A DNA stretch of 64,000 nt. It comes from Spirochaetia bacterium (GTDB lineage Bacteria > Spirochaetota > Spirochaetia > DSM-2461). Of the stretch, positions 1-12,592 are shown in pieces. Position 1 is the first letter of the stretch, and every line of letters starts with the position of its first letter. The notes beneath the pieces were generated by a model. The model was not told the DNA's origin. It made no database searches and saw nothing but the letters and a program-made list of their open reading frames with translations. The stretch lies in contig OY764216.1 of the NCBI GenBank assembly GCA_963668315.1, forward strand, positions 864,001 through 928,000. Direction: 5' to 3'. The position numbers and the translations under genes were made by a program.

Positions 1-3
1 AAA

Positions 4-810
4 ATGGTTCTGATCTCCGACTTCCAAAAGGAGTGCCTTCAATTTATCAAAAGCTGGGAAGGGCGCACAAGGCTGGGGGAAGGAACGGAAATCGTCGCGC
101 CCCAGTCGATTATCTATAACCCGCTGAAGATAGAAAACCGGATTATCGGGGTTATTACGATTCAGAGTTACAGCAAAAACTGTTTTTCCGGGAAAGACGT
201 GGAAGCCTTTGAAATGATCTCTTCCTATACGGCCATCGCCCTGAATAACGCCATCCGGGCGGAGGAGATAAGAAAGCAGAATGAAGTCCTCTCCAAAATG
301 GCCACAACGGATAGTCTGACCGGGCTTTATAACCGGAGATACTTCTTCGATACCCTTGAGCGTTTCTACTCTCTGGCGAAGAGGAGAGAACTTCCCTTTT
401 CCCTGATCATGATGGATCTGGATTATTTTAAAAAGATTAATGACAACTTCGGTCACCCCGCGGGAGATCATATCCTCAGGGAAGTCGCCGAACTTCTCAG
501 CAAGCATATCAGGAGATCCCATGACTCCGCCGCCAGGTTGGGTGGAGAGGAATTCGGTCTGTTCCTGGGGGATTCCGATTTTGAAGGGGCTCTTTCTGTT
601 GCCGAGGAGATAAGGGGTGAGATCGCATCGCGCGTCTTTCTTTATGAAGGTTCCTCCATCCCCCTGACGGCCAGCCTGGGGGTGGTGACAAGGATCATTA
701 CCCGTGATTCAGAGGCCGGTTATGACGAGGTTTTCCGTATGGCGGACAAGCTGCTTTATGACGCAAAGCATAACGGGCGGAACTGCGTTAAAGGTAAAGA
801 GTATACCTGA
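4..810 (+). CDS. GAF-GGDEF diguanylate cyclase, probably 5'-truncated by the window edge
   Basis: GAF-like tail (IIGVITIQSY...YTAIALNNA), DSLTGLYNRR, DLDYFKKINDNFGHPAGD and GGEEF active site. The RxxD I-site (RSHD) lies five residues upstream of GGEEF. Confidence 0.9.
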   Translation: MVLISDFQKECLQFIKSWEGRTRLGEGTEIVAPQSIIYNPLKIENRIIGVITIQSYSKNCFSGKDVEAFEMISSYTAIALNNAIRAEEIRKQNEVLSKMATTDSLTGLYNRRYFFDTLERFYSLAKRRELPFSLIMMDLDYFKKINDNFGHPAGDHILREVAELLSKHIRRSHDSAARLGGEEFGLFLGDSDFEGALSVAEEIRGEIASRVFLYEGSSIPLTASLGVVTRIITRDSEAGYDEVFRMADKLLYDAKHNGRNCVKGKEYT

Positions 811-843
811 CCTTAATTCTTTTGAAAGGGTCCGATAAGCGGA

Positions 844-1572
844 TCAGTTCTCTGTATTGTAAATGACGGGCATTTTTCCGGACCATTTATTCCAAAGCGC
901 ATCGTCTGTGATCAGGTCGGCCATGAAACTCGCCACATTGATCCGGCTTGTTTTCCCCGCGTTGAAAACGGGGCTGCGCTCGGGAGAATCATGGATGGTA
1001 TAGGGTGAAACCTCTGTTTCGTCAATGAGCGTATCCGGTCTGACGGCGCACCATGAGACGGGGCTTTCCTTTCCGTTGAAATTCTTCTGCAGGTACAGCG
1101 CCGCTTGTACGTTATCCGCCTGAGGAGGAAGAAGCAGGGTGAAGAATCCCAGAACGAAGCGGTCAATCGGCTTGTAGGCTTTTTCCCGTACCCGTCTGTC
1201 CCTGTTGCCTGTTGTGTTCATAAGGAGAAACCGCGGCGGCCTTTCCCCGGGGGTGATCTGAAAGGACGAGCAGACAAGCCTGGCCGCATCGGCGACGAGT
1301 CGTCGCGGAGGACCGAAAAGCCCTTTGAATGTGATGTTGTGACCCAGGCAGGAAACCGCGGCGTCACACTCCTTGATAAAAACGGCCACTTCTTCCTTTG
1401 TCATGGATGTGATCTCTTTTTCTATCAGGGTCAGTTTCTCTTCGTACTGAGCAAGATGGGCTAATTTTTCCGGAGTTCGGACAACGGCTGTAACCGAATG
1501 TCCCCTTCTGAGGAGTTCTCCGGCCAGCAGTCTGCCCGTGGCCCCTGTGGCTCCGGTAATAAAAATACGCAT
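844..1572 (-). CDS. NAD(P)H-binding Rossmann oxidoreductase (flavin reductase/NmrA-like atypical SDR)
   Basis: N-terminal IFITGATGATG glycine motif, WCAVRP, and TSRINVASFM resembling the ISRADVA motif of this family. Confidence 0.8.
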   Translation of the reverse strand: MRIFITGATGATGRLLAGELLRRGHSVTAVVRTPEKLAHLAQYEEKLTLIEKEITSMTKEEVAVFIKECDAAVSCLGHNITFKGLFGPPRRLVADAARLVCSSFQITPGERPPRFLLMNTTGNRDRRVREKAYKPIDRFVLGFFTLLLPPQADNVQAALYLQKNFNGKESPVSWCAVRPDTLIDETEVSPYTIHDSPERSPVFNAGKTSRINVASFMADLITDDALWNKWSGKMPVIYNTEN

Positions 1573-1696
1573 ATCAATCTCCCGGCGGTCCGTATATAGT
1601 AAACATATCCGTTATAATGGGAAAATCCCGGGAATTCGGGAAATTCTTTTCAGGCGTTTTACTAATCGGTGCGGAAGACAGATGTACAGGAAGGAA

Positions 1697-1739
1697 ATCC
1701 GGGCGGTCAGCTCTGGGAATGAGCTGTCCCGCCCGGGAT
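1697..1739 (-). terminator. Stem-loop directly after the cimA stop, likely end of the leu/cim transcript
   Basis: Interrupted inverted repeat CCGGGCGG-T-CAGCTC...GAGCTG-TC-CCGCCCGG, followed on the minus strand by a pyrimidine-rich tract. Confidence 0.55.
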
Positions 1740-1741
1740 AA

Positions 1742-5224
<3,483 letters not shown>

Positions 5225-5244
<20 letters not shown>

Positions 5245-5761
5245 ATTCCAGCCAGCCGCCGGCCATGACCAGGTCCTTGTCGTAGGCGCTCAGGGTAAAG
5301 GAGTAGGTCTTCTCTCCCTTGGCGCTTTTGACCGTGATGGTCTGGGTTTCCACATTCACATCGGCTGTCACACCTGTGGTTTCCGGGCCGGAGGAGAGGG
5401 CGAAGATCTCGTCCACTTCCTCTTCCTTGAGCTCGATGGCCATGCAGCCGTTGTTGTACATGTTTCCCCGGAAGATACGGGCGAAGTTGGGGGCGATGAC
5501 CACGGTGTATCCGTTCTCTTCCAGAGCCCAGGGAGCGTGCTCACGGCTGGATCCGCATCCGAAATTGTCCCGGGAGACAATGACGGTGGAGTCTTTCATG
5601 GGCTGGCTCATATGAACGAAGCCGTCCATTTTCAGGTCTTCGAGAAGGTGAGGGCCCATGGCGGCTCTTTCCACTTCGGTCAGGTATTTGGCGGGAATGA
5701 TCTCGTCCGTATTGATATCGCTTCTATCCAGAAAAAGAATCTGTCCTCCGAACTGCTTCAT
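5225..5761 (-). CDS. leuD: 3-isopropylmalate dehydratase small subunit
   Basis: DINTDEIIPAKYL, NFGCGSSREHAPWAL and FARIFRGNMYNNG. The start at 5761 is coupled to the leuC stop (TAATG). Confidence 0.95.
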
Positions 5762-7044
5762 TACATGTACCTCCTGGGATCGGTCAGTTTGCCTTCGATG
5801 GCCGAAGCGGCCGCTGTGGCAGGGCTGCAGAGATGGACCATACCGCCCTTGCCCATGCGCCCGTTGAAGTTTCTGTTGGTCGTGGCGGCCGCGGCTTCCC
5901 CTTCGGCCAGAACGCCGTTGGACATTCCCAGACAAGCACCGCAGGTCGGGTTGGTCAGGCAGGCGCCGGCGTCCATGAAGATCTTCACATAACCCGCTTC
6001 CAGGGCCTCGGAGTAGATCTTGGGAGTGGCGGGGGAGACGATCATTCTCACGTCGTCGGAGATCTTTTTGCCTTCGAGGATCTTCGCGGCAATCGCCAGA
6101 TCTTCCAGGCGGCCGTTGGTACAGGAACCCAGATAGATCTGGTTAAGTGGCTTACCCTCCATCTCGGTGATATCCTTAACCACATCGGGGCGGTATTCGT
6201 CGGTTACCTGGGGAACAAGCCGGGAAATGTCGATGGTCCGCTCGTCGGCGTAGACCGCATCGTCATCGCTCCGCCACTTGCTGAAGTCGGCCAGGGCCTC
6301 TTCCTTGCCGGCGTAATCCCCGGCGATAAAGGGCCAGAGGTACTCCACGGTGGTCATGTCGGGGAGACAGACGCCGCTGGTGGCGCCCATTTCCACGGCC
6401 ATGTTGCAGAGGGTAAGCCTGCCGTCCATTCCCAGATTGTCAACGAAGTCGCCGCGGAATTCGGCTACCCGGTTGGTCACGCCGTTGGTGGTCATCATCT
6501 TGATAACCGCCAGGATCACGTCCTTGGCGTAAACGCCCTTCGCGGGAGTGCCGGTTATGGTGATCTTCGTCGTCTCGGGAGACTTGAAAGCGCAGATGCC
6601 CTTGAGGATACCCACTTCCAGGTCGGTCGTTCCCACGCCGGCGGCGAAGGCGCCGAAGGCTCCGTGGGTACAGGTATGGGAGTCGCCCATGATGACCGTA
6701 AAGCCGGGGCGGACGAATCCTTTCTCGGGGAATATGGCGTGGCAGACACCGTTGCGGCCGATATCGAAATAATCCTTGATACCCATGTCTTTCGCCCAGT
6801 CCCTGAGGATCTTGCCCTGTGTGGCGGTGAGAGAGTCCTTGGCGGGAGTTACGTGGTCGATAACGGCTTTGATCTTATCCGGATCGAATACACGGTATTT
6901 GTCTCTTCTTTTAAGATCCAGAATGGCCGGAGGGGTGGTTATCTCATGACAAAACACCCTATCCAGATTCAGAACGTGAACGCCCTCGCAGGGGTTGTCC
7001 ACCAGATGGGATTCGAAAATCTTTTCTACTAAGGTTTTTCCCAT
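5761..7044 (-). CDS. leuC: 3-isopropylmalate dehydratase large subunit (short 427-aa type)
   Basis: DSHTCTHGAFG, [4Fe-4S] ligands in GSCTNGR and CGACLG, and TTNRNFNGRMG. Confidence 0.95.
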   Translation of the reverse strand: MGKTLVEKIFESHLVDNPCEGVHVLNLDRVFCHEITTPPAILDLKRRDKYRVFDPDKIKAVIDHVTPAKDSLTATQGKILRDWAKDMGIKDYFDIGRNGVCHAIFPEKGFVRPGFTVIMGDSHTCTHGAFGAFAAGVGTTDLEVGILKGICAFKSPETTKITITGTPAKGVYAKDVILAVIKMMTTNGVTNRVAEFRGDFVDNLGMDGRLTLCNMAVEMGATSGVCLPDMTTVEYLWPFIAGDYAGKEEALADFSKWRSDDDAVYADERTIDISRLVPQVTDEYRPDVVKDITEMEGKPLNQIYLGSCTNGRLEDLAIAAKILEGKKISDDVRMIVSPATPKIYSEALEAGYVKIFMDAGACLTNPTCGACLGMSNGVLAEGEAAAATTNRNFNGRMGKGGMVHLCSPATAAASAIEGKLTDPRRYM

Positions 7045-8588
7045 TACGCTCTATTCTCCTTTAACTTTTCTATGCCCTCCATACGGGCTACCTTATTAAT
7101 TACGTTGATATAGGCCAGGGCGGAGGCTTCGACGATGTCGGTGCTGCTGCCCGATCCGTGGTAACGGCGGTCCTTGTGCTCCGCGATAATCTTCACTTCG
7201 CCCAGGGCGTTACGTCCTCCGGTCATACCGGCCAGAGAGTAGTCTATCATTTTGACGGATATGCCGACAGCTCTGTCTATCGCCTTGCAGGCGGCGTCCA
7301 CCGGCCCGTCCCCCGTGGCGGCTTCCTGAATCGGCTCGGAGCCCTCATCATGGGTGTTCTGGATTTTAACCGTGGCGGAGGGGATGGAGCCCGTACCGGA
7401 GGTGGTGTTCAGATAGATCATCCTGTATTTATCCGCGGCGTCGCCGTCTATCTCCATCATCGCTTCCAGGTCGTCATCGTATACGGTTCCCTTCTTGTCG
7501 GCCAGGGACAGGAACTTCTGGTAGAACTGGTCCAGATCGTAGGAGTCCTCGGCATAACCGAGAAGGGCCAGGCGGTGCTTGATGATGTGCCGTCCGGAGC
7601 GGCTGGTCAGGTGAAACTGATTGGCCGACAATCCGACCGATTCGGGGGTCATGATTTCGTAGTTGCTCCGGTTCTTGAGAACGCCGTCCTGATGGATTCC
7701 GGAGGAGTGGGCGAACGCGGTGGCTCCGACGATGGCCTTGTTGGGCTGGACGGGCACGTTGCAGATCCGGCTTATGAGGCGGCTGGTGGGCACGATCTCT
7801 TCCGTGACGATTCCCGTCTCCACATTGAAAATATCCTTTCTGGTTTTCATGGACATGACCACTTCTTCCAGAGAGCAGTTGCCCGCCCTTTCTCCCAGAC
7901 CGTTTACGGTACACTCTATCTGCCGTGCTCCGTTGAGCACCGCCATGAGGGAGTTGGCCGAGGCCAGGCCCAGGTCGTTGTGGCAGTGGACGGAAATGAT
8001 CGCCTGGTCGATATTGGGGACCCTGTTGAAGACATCCTTGATAATATCGCCGAACTCGTATCCCACGGTATATCCGACCGTATCGGGGATATTGACCGTG
8101 CGGGCTCCCGCTTTGATCGCCTCTTCCACGATGCGGCAGAGCACATCCCTGTCGGTTCTTCCCGCGTCTTCGCAGGAGAACTCCACATCGTCGCAGAAGT
8201 TGCGGGCATGCTTGACCGCGTCGACGGCCATGCTGATGACTTCGTCATATCCCTTTTTCAGTTTGCTTTCCACGTGCATGCTCGATGTGGCGATAAATGT
8301 ATGAATACGGGGGCGGGGACAATCCCTGAGAGCTTCCCCGCAGGCGTCTATGTCGGCCTTCACCGCTCTTGCCAGCCCGGCGATGATCGGCCCCTTAACC
8401 GTATTGGCAATCTGCCTGACGCTCTCCAGGTCGCCCGGGGAACTGACGGGAAAACCGGCCTCAATGATATCAACATTGAGTTTGGCTAGGGCATGGGCAA
8501 TGACCATTTTCTCTTTAGCGGACAGACTGGAGGACAATGCCTGTTCCCCGTCCCTCAAGGTCGTGTCAAAAATCAATACCTTATCCAT
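7044..8588 (-). CDS. leuA: 2-isopropylmalate synthase
   Basis: FDTTLRDGEQA, HCHNDLG, GLGERAGN, AFAHSSGIHQDG and regulatory domain GDGPVDA...DIVEAS. SD AAGGAG upstream. Confidence 0.96.
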   Translation of the reverse strand: MDKVLIFDTTLRDGEQALSSSLSAKEKMVIAHALAKLNVDIIEAGFPVSSPGDLESVRQIANTVKGPIIAGLARAVKADIDACGEALRDCPRPRIHTFIATSSMHVESKLKKGYDEVISMAVDAVKHARNFCDDVEFSCEDAGRTDRDVLCRIVEEAIKAGARTVNIPDTVGYTVGYEFGDIIKDVFNRVPNIDQAIISVHCHNDLGLASANSLMAVLNGARQIECTVNGLGERAGNCSLEEVVMSMKTRKDIFNVETGIVTEEIVPTSRLISRICNVPVQPNKAIVGATAFAHSSGIHQDGVLKNRSNYEIMTPESVGLSANQFHLTSRSGRHIIKHRLALLGYAEDSYDLDQFYQKFLSLADKKGTVYDDDLEAMMEIDGDAADKYRMIYLNTTSGTGSIPSATVKIQNTHDEGSEPIQEAATGDGPVDAACKAIDRAVGISVKMIDYSLAGMTGGRNALGEVKIIAEHKDRRYHGSGSSTDIVEASALAYINVINKVARMEGIEKLKENRA

Positions 8589-8655
8589 TCCTTACTCCTT
8601 TTCATTCTCCGGGGCTCCATGGCCACGGCTTATTGTTTTCACTGTTGCAATTTGT

Positions 8656-8689
8656 AAAAAAAAGACCCGTCCTCTGGGAGAACGGGTCT
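8656..8689 (-). terminator. Attenuator intrinsic terminator upstream of leuA
   Basis: Minus-strand RNA AGACCCGUUCUC-CCA-GAGGACGGGUCU followed by a U run (A8 at 8656-8663 on +). The single DNA mismatch is a U-G wobble only on the minus strand. Confidence 0.92.
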
Positions 8690-8710
8690 GCAATTTCTGC
8701 TAAACGCTTT

Positions 8711-8797
8711 TTACAGCGACCGTTCTCCATCCACTTCTATCCCTAGTAGAATAATTAGGGAGATGATAATAATGGATAAAACGGATTTATTGTTCAT
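8711..8797 (-). CDS. Ile/Leu-rich attenuator leader peptide, 28 aa (MNNKSVLSIIIISLIILLGIEVDGERSL)
   Basis: 7 Ile, 5 Leu (three are CTA) and 2 Val codons. It ends 21 nt before the terminator hairpin and contains a segment complementary to the terminator 5' arm. Confidence 0.88.
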   Translation of the reverse strand: MNNKSVLSIIIISLIILLGIEVDGERSL

Positions 8798-8807
8798 TTC
8801 GAATATT

Positions 8808-8836
8808 ACCGTACGGCTTTGTTGCAAAAGAGTCAA
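8808..8836 (-). promoter_or_regulatory. Sigma70-type promoter of the leu/cim leader
   Basis: TTGACT (8836-8831), 17 nt, TACGGT (8813-8808), ending 10 nt before the leader ATG. Confidence 0.6.
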
Positions 8837-9143
8837 GGGAAAATCAAGAATGAGAATAAAAAACTGAAAAAGTGATACTAAGATGGTACTATATCTTGAA
8901 CTGTTGAGATCCTCTCTCCTGCCCCTGTGCGGTTTCAATTCTCACTCCCGGGGGCAAAACGCTCCCTCCCATTCCATGGGAAGGCATTAGGATTCCCACG
9001 GGGGGTAAACGCTGTCCCGAAGAGGGGGAGAAGAAAGATTTTTCTATATAATGAACAGGAAATTATATTTTCATTTACCCGGATGCTGGTAGAATTATTT
9101 CAGTCAAGTCTTGAACAAATTCTATATCAAGGAGAATTCAACA

Positions 9144-10496
9144 ATGGCAGGAAAAAAAGTTTTTTTGTATCTGCTTACGGTACTGCTTATCCTTTCGTTT
9201 GCAGTAGGATGCTCGAAGAAAAGTACCGGCGGCAGTGAAGCGGCGGTCAGCTCGGGAAACGGAGAAGAGAGCACCGGGTTCGGTGTCAGCTCCAAAAAAC
9301 TGACAATATCCCTCTGGGACATTGCCACGGAAAATCCCGCGAATACCATTCAGGGAGGAGCTGTTGACCGGTTTATGGCGGCCTATCCCAACATAACCGT
9401 GGAAAACACCCATATCCAGAATGATACCTACAAGCAGAAGCTGATTATTTCCATGAGTTCCGGACAGTGCCCGGACATGTATATTCACTGGGGCGGCGGG
9501 CCGATGAATGAGTATATAGAATCCGGTTTCGCCGTACCTATCACCGACTTGATAAATGAGCATTGCGACGTACCTTTTCTTGAAGCCGCTATCGCGCAGA
9601 GTATGTACAAAGGTGAAGTTTACGCCGTGCCCTTCGGGGGAATCGGCGGAAGCGGAATCTTTTACAACAAGACGATCTTCAACAAGCTGGGCCTGGGCGT
9701 GCCGGAAACCATCGCCGAACTCGAAGATACCTGCAAAACACTCAAGAGCGCCGGCTACATCCCCTTTTCCCTTGCCAACCAGAACAAATGGACCGGTTCC
9801 ATGTATTTCATGTACCTGGCAACCCGCTACGGCGGCGTGGATGAGTTCAATGCGGCCGTGGACGGCACTGGTTCCTTTGAATCTCCTGCTTTCCAGTATG
9901 CGGGCGAAAAGATCCAGCAGTGGGTCAGGGCCGGCTACTTCCCCGACGGCGTCAACAGCCTGAACACGGACGACGGACAGGACAGGCAGCTGATTTACAC
10001 TGAAGAAGCGGCTATGATGCTGCATGGCTCCTGGCAGGCCTCATCCATGAGGAATGATAACGAGGAGTGGTACGAGGCCAATATGGATTTCTTCCGGTTC
10101 CCCGACCTGGCCAGCAGCAATAAACCCCAGAACATTGTGGTGGGAACCTCCATCGGAAACGGCTTCTCCTTCAATATCCATGACGATCAGGATAAGTTGA
10201 ACACCGCCTTCATTCTGGCGACACAGTTCTACAACGACGATACGTATAACAGCCAGCAGCTCGAAGCGGGAACAATCCCCTCCATAGAGGGCATGGGCGA
10301 TACCATTGAAGACCACTGCATGCAGAAAATCTGGGCCGCTTTCTCCAGCGCCAGCAACGTACAGCTCTGGTACGACCAGTATCTTCCCCCGGCCGTGGGC
10401 GAGACCCATAAGAACACATGCCAGGAGATCTTCGGTTTGACCAAGACTCCCGCCGAGGCGAATGCCGAACTTAACAAGGCTATGAGAGAAAACTAG
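9144..10496 (+). CDS. Carbohydrate ABC transporter substrate-binding lipoprotein (family 1)
   Basis: SD AGGAG before ATG 9144, lipobox FAVG-C, and GEVYAVP, IFYNKTIF, AAMMLHGSW motifs. Confidence 0.9.
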   Translation: MAGKKVFLYLLTVLLILSFAVGCSKKSTGGSEAAVSSGNGEESTGFGVSSKKLTISLWDIATENPANTIQGGAVDRFMAAYPNITVENTHIQNDTYKQKLIISMSSGQCPDMYIHWGGGPMNEYIESGFAVPITDLINEHCDVPFLEAAIAQSMYKGEVYAVPFGGIGGSGIFYNKTIFNKLGLGVPETIAELEDTCKTLKSAGYIPFSLANQNKWTGSMYFMYLATRYGGVDEFNAAVDGTGSFESPAFQYAGEKIQQWVRAGYFPDGVNSLNTDDGQDRQLIYTEEAAMMLHGSWQASSMRNDNEEWYEANMDFFRFPDLASSNKPQNIVVGTSIGNGFSFNIHDDQDKLNTAFILATQFYNDDTYNSQQLEAGTIPSIEGMGDTIEDHCMQKIWAAFSSASNVQLWYDQYLPPAVGETHKNTCQEIFGLTKTPAEANAELNKAMREN

Positions 10497-10510
10497 AGAA
10501 GGAAATCGCC

Positions 10511-10574
10511 TTCCCGGTAATCACCGGAAAGCCCGGGGAGCCTGAAGTCTGTCCTGTTGAGATGAGGGCTCCCC
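10511..10574 (+). other. Intercistronic stem-loops after the SBP gene (mRNA stabiliser or partial terminator)
   Basis: CCGGT..ACCGG and GGGGAGCC..GGCTCCCC inverted repeats between the SBP and permease genes, a common arrangement in ABC operons. Confidence 0.5.
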
Positions 10575-10619
10575 CATTTAAAATCGGTAATTTCATTACA
10601 TGAGACGAAGGAAGTTAAC

Positions 10620-11528
10620 ATGAAAAAGAACGCATCGCTCGTGCAAAGCCGTCAGAGAAGCGTGCGCATCGCCGCGACTGTTTTTCTGGCTCCCGTTATC
10701 ATAATAATGGCGATCTTCATTATTTACCCCATCATATCAACATTCAGCATCAGTATGTTTGATTGGAACGGAATTTCGAAGAACAGGGATTTCGTCGGGC
10801 TGGAGAACTGGAAAGAGCTGATCCGTGACAGGGTTTTCTGGTTCGCCTTTAAAAACAACCTGACCCTGATGATCTGTTCCATCGCTATCCAGATCCCGAT
10901 TGCCATCGCCCTGGCTACTTTTCTCGATGCGGCCGGCAGGAAGGTCAATCTTTTCAAAGTGATCTGGTTCCTTCCCCTTCTGATGTCCTCCGTAGCCATA
11001 GGATTCCTCTTCTCCTACGCCCTTGCCACCACGGGCGGGATCGTGACAACGATCTCCCAGGCCCTGGGAGGGGGCAAGGTGGATCTGCTCGGCCGGGCAC
11101 CGCAGGCTCTGTACGCTGTCATAAGCGTTGTAGCCTGGCAATATATTCCTTTCTACATGGTGTACTTCCTGGCGGGATACGGAAATATCGATATCAATAT
11201 TTACGAAGCCTGCATTATAGACGGCGCTACCCGGGGACAGTATTTCTTCCATATAGGTCTGCCCCTCCTGAGTCCCATGATAAAATCGGCCTGCATCCTG
11301 TCCCTGATTGGGTCGCTTAAGTACTTTGACCTCATTTACGCCATGACCGGTGGCGGCCCGGGAACGGCGACGGAACTCATGGCCACCTATATGTACAAAC
11401 TCTCCTTTTCACACTTCAAGATGGGATACGGTTCGACAACGGCGGCGGGCATGTTCATCCTGGTAACGGGATTTGCCCTTATGATGCAAACCATACTAAA
11501 AGGGAACGGGTCTTCGAACAATGGATAA
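10620..11528 (+). CDS. Carbohydrate ABC permease 1
   Basis: FVGLENW, several TM segments, EAA loop YEACIIDGA, and MTGGGPG. Confidence 0.92.
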   Translation: MKKNASLVQSRQRSVRIAATVFLAPVIIIMAIFIIYPIISTFSISMFDWNGISKNRDFVGLENWKELIRDRVFWFAFKNNLTLMICSIAIQIPIAIALATFLDAAGRKVNLFKVIWFLPLLMSSVAIGFLFSYALATTGGIVTTISQALGGGKVDLLGRAPQALYAVISVVAWQYIPFYMVYFLAGYGNIDINIYEACIIDGATRGQYFFHIGLPLLSPMIKSACILSLIGSLKYFDLIYAMTGGGPGTATELMATYMYKLSFSHFKMGYGSTTAAGMFILVTGFALMMQTILKGNGSSNNG

Positions 11529-12360
11529 CAGCAGATTAAAAAGTAACATAGCGTGGACGGTGGCGGCAGTGCTGGCCGTTTGCTGGCTGATGGTGACTTC
11601 CGTCCCCTTTCTGTTTATGGTGATAAACGCCTTTAAAGGTCAATTCGAGATGCTCCAGAAGGGCGTTTTCGAGCTGCCCGACTCCTGGTTTCCCACAAAC
11701 TTCATAGGAGTTCTGAAAAACGGATTTCTGAACTATTTTTTCAACAGCGTCGTACTGCTGGCAATCTGTCTGACCATACTGCTCTTTATTACGGCCTGTG
11801 CTTCCTATCCCCTTTCGAGGATGAAGTTCAAACTAAGAGGGCCCACCTACGCCCTGATTGTCGCCTGTATGTCCATTCCCATTCACGTGACGCTCATTCC
11901 CATTTTTAAGATGTCCACGGTAATAAGAACATACGATTCGATTACCGCTCTGATCGGTCCCTACGTGGCCTTCGCCATTCCCATTTCCTGCTATATCCTT
12001 ACGACCTTCATGGGGTCCATACCTGCGTCGCTCGAAGAATCGGCGGAAATAGACGGATGCGGGAAGTTCAGGTCCTTCTTTCATATCATCCTTCCCCTTT
12101 CCAAGCCGGGGCTCTCAACTCTCGCCATTTACAACGGCGTCGCCATCTGGAACGAATTCGCCTTTGCCAACACCCTGACCCAGTCGAAGAAAGCCCAGAC
12201 CCTGCCCCTCGCCATTTCGGCGTTCAAAGGGGAGCACTCCATGAATATTCCCGTCATCATGTCCGTTCTCGTCTTAACGGTTCTTCCGATGATTGTTCTC
12301 TTTATTATTCTGCAGGAAAAGCTGGTGAAGGGTCTGATGGCCGGAGCGGTAAAAGGATAG
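11521..12360 (+). CDS. Carbohydrate ABC permease 2
   Basis: EAA loop LEESAEIDGC, WNEF and C-terminal GLMAGAVKG. Overlaps permease 1. Confidence 0.92.
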   Translation: MDNSRLKSNIAWTVAAVLAVCWLMVTSVPFLFMVINAFKGQFEMLQKGVFELPDSWFPTNFIGVLKNGFLNYFFNSVVLLAICLTILLFITACASYPLSRMKFKLRGPTYALIVACMSIPIHVTLIPIFKMSTVIRTYDSITALIGPYVAFAIPISCYILTTFMGSIPASLEESAEIDGCGKFRSFFHIILPLSKPGLSTLAIYNGVAIWNEFAFANTLTQSKKAQTLPLAISAFKGEHSMNIPVIMSVLVLTVLPMIVLFIILQEKLVKGLMAGAVKG

Positions 12361-12466
12361 CCGGTGCTTATACTGGAATACGCGGAGAAGGAGAGCTTAC
12401 CCGAAGAAGGCCCGGGGGCCTAGGCGGGAAAAAAGAGAAAAATCCTCTCCCGTGGATAAAATGAGA

Positions 12467-12475
12467 TGGTATAAT
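12467..12475 (+). promoter_or_regulatory. Extended -10 promoter for the two-component pair
   Basis: TGgTATAAT upstream of the kinase gene. Confidence 0.5.
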
Positions 12476-12592
12476 TCAGGAACGTCGGAATGATTTTTGA
12501 AAAAAGGGACCGTCCCGGGACACGGGGCGGCTCAGGGCATAGGCTTGATAAATGTCCGGTCATTGCTTTACTCCATGATGAAAGGTGATAGG

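Noticed and set aside
8798..8938. N-terminal extension of the 75-aa ORF 8711-8938, and a T-box explanation for the leuA leader
   Set aside because: The extension runs through the predicted promoter, and only the last 28 codons carry the attenuator signature. I found no T-box consensus, and the leader is too short for one.
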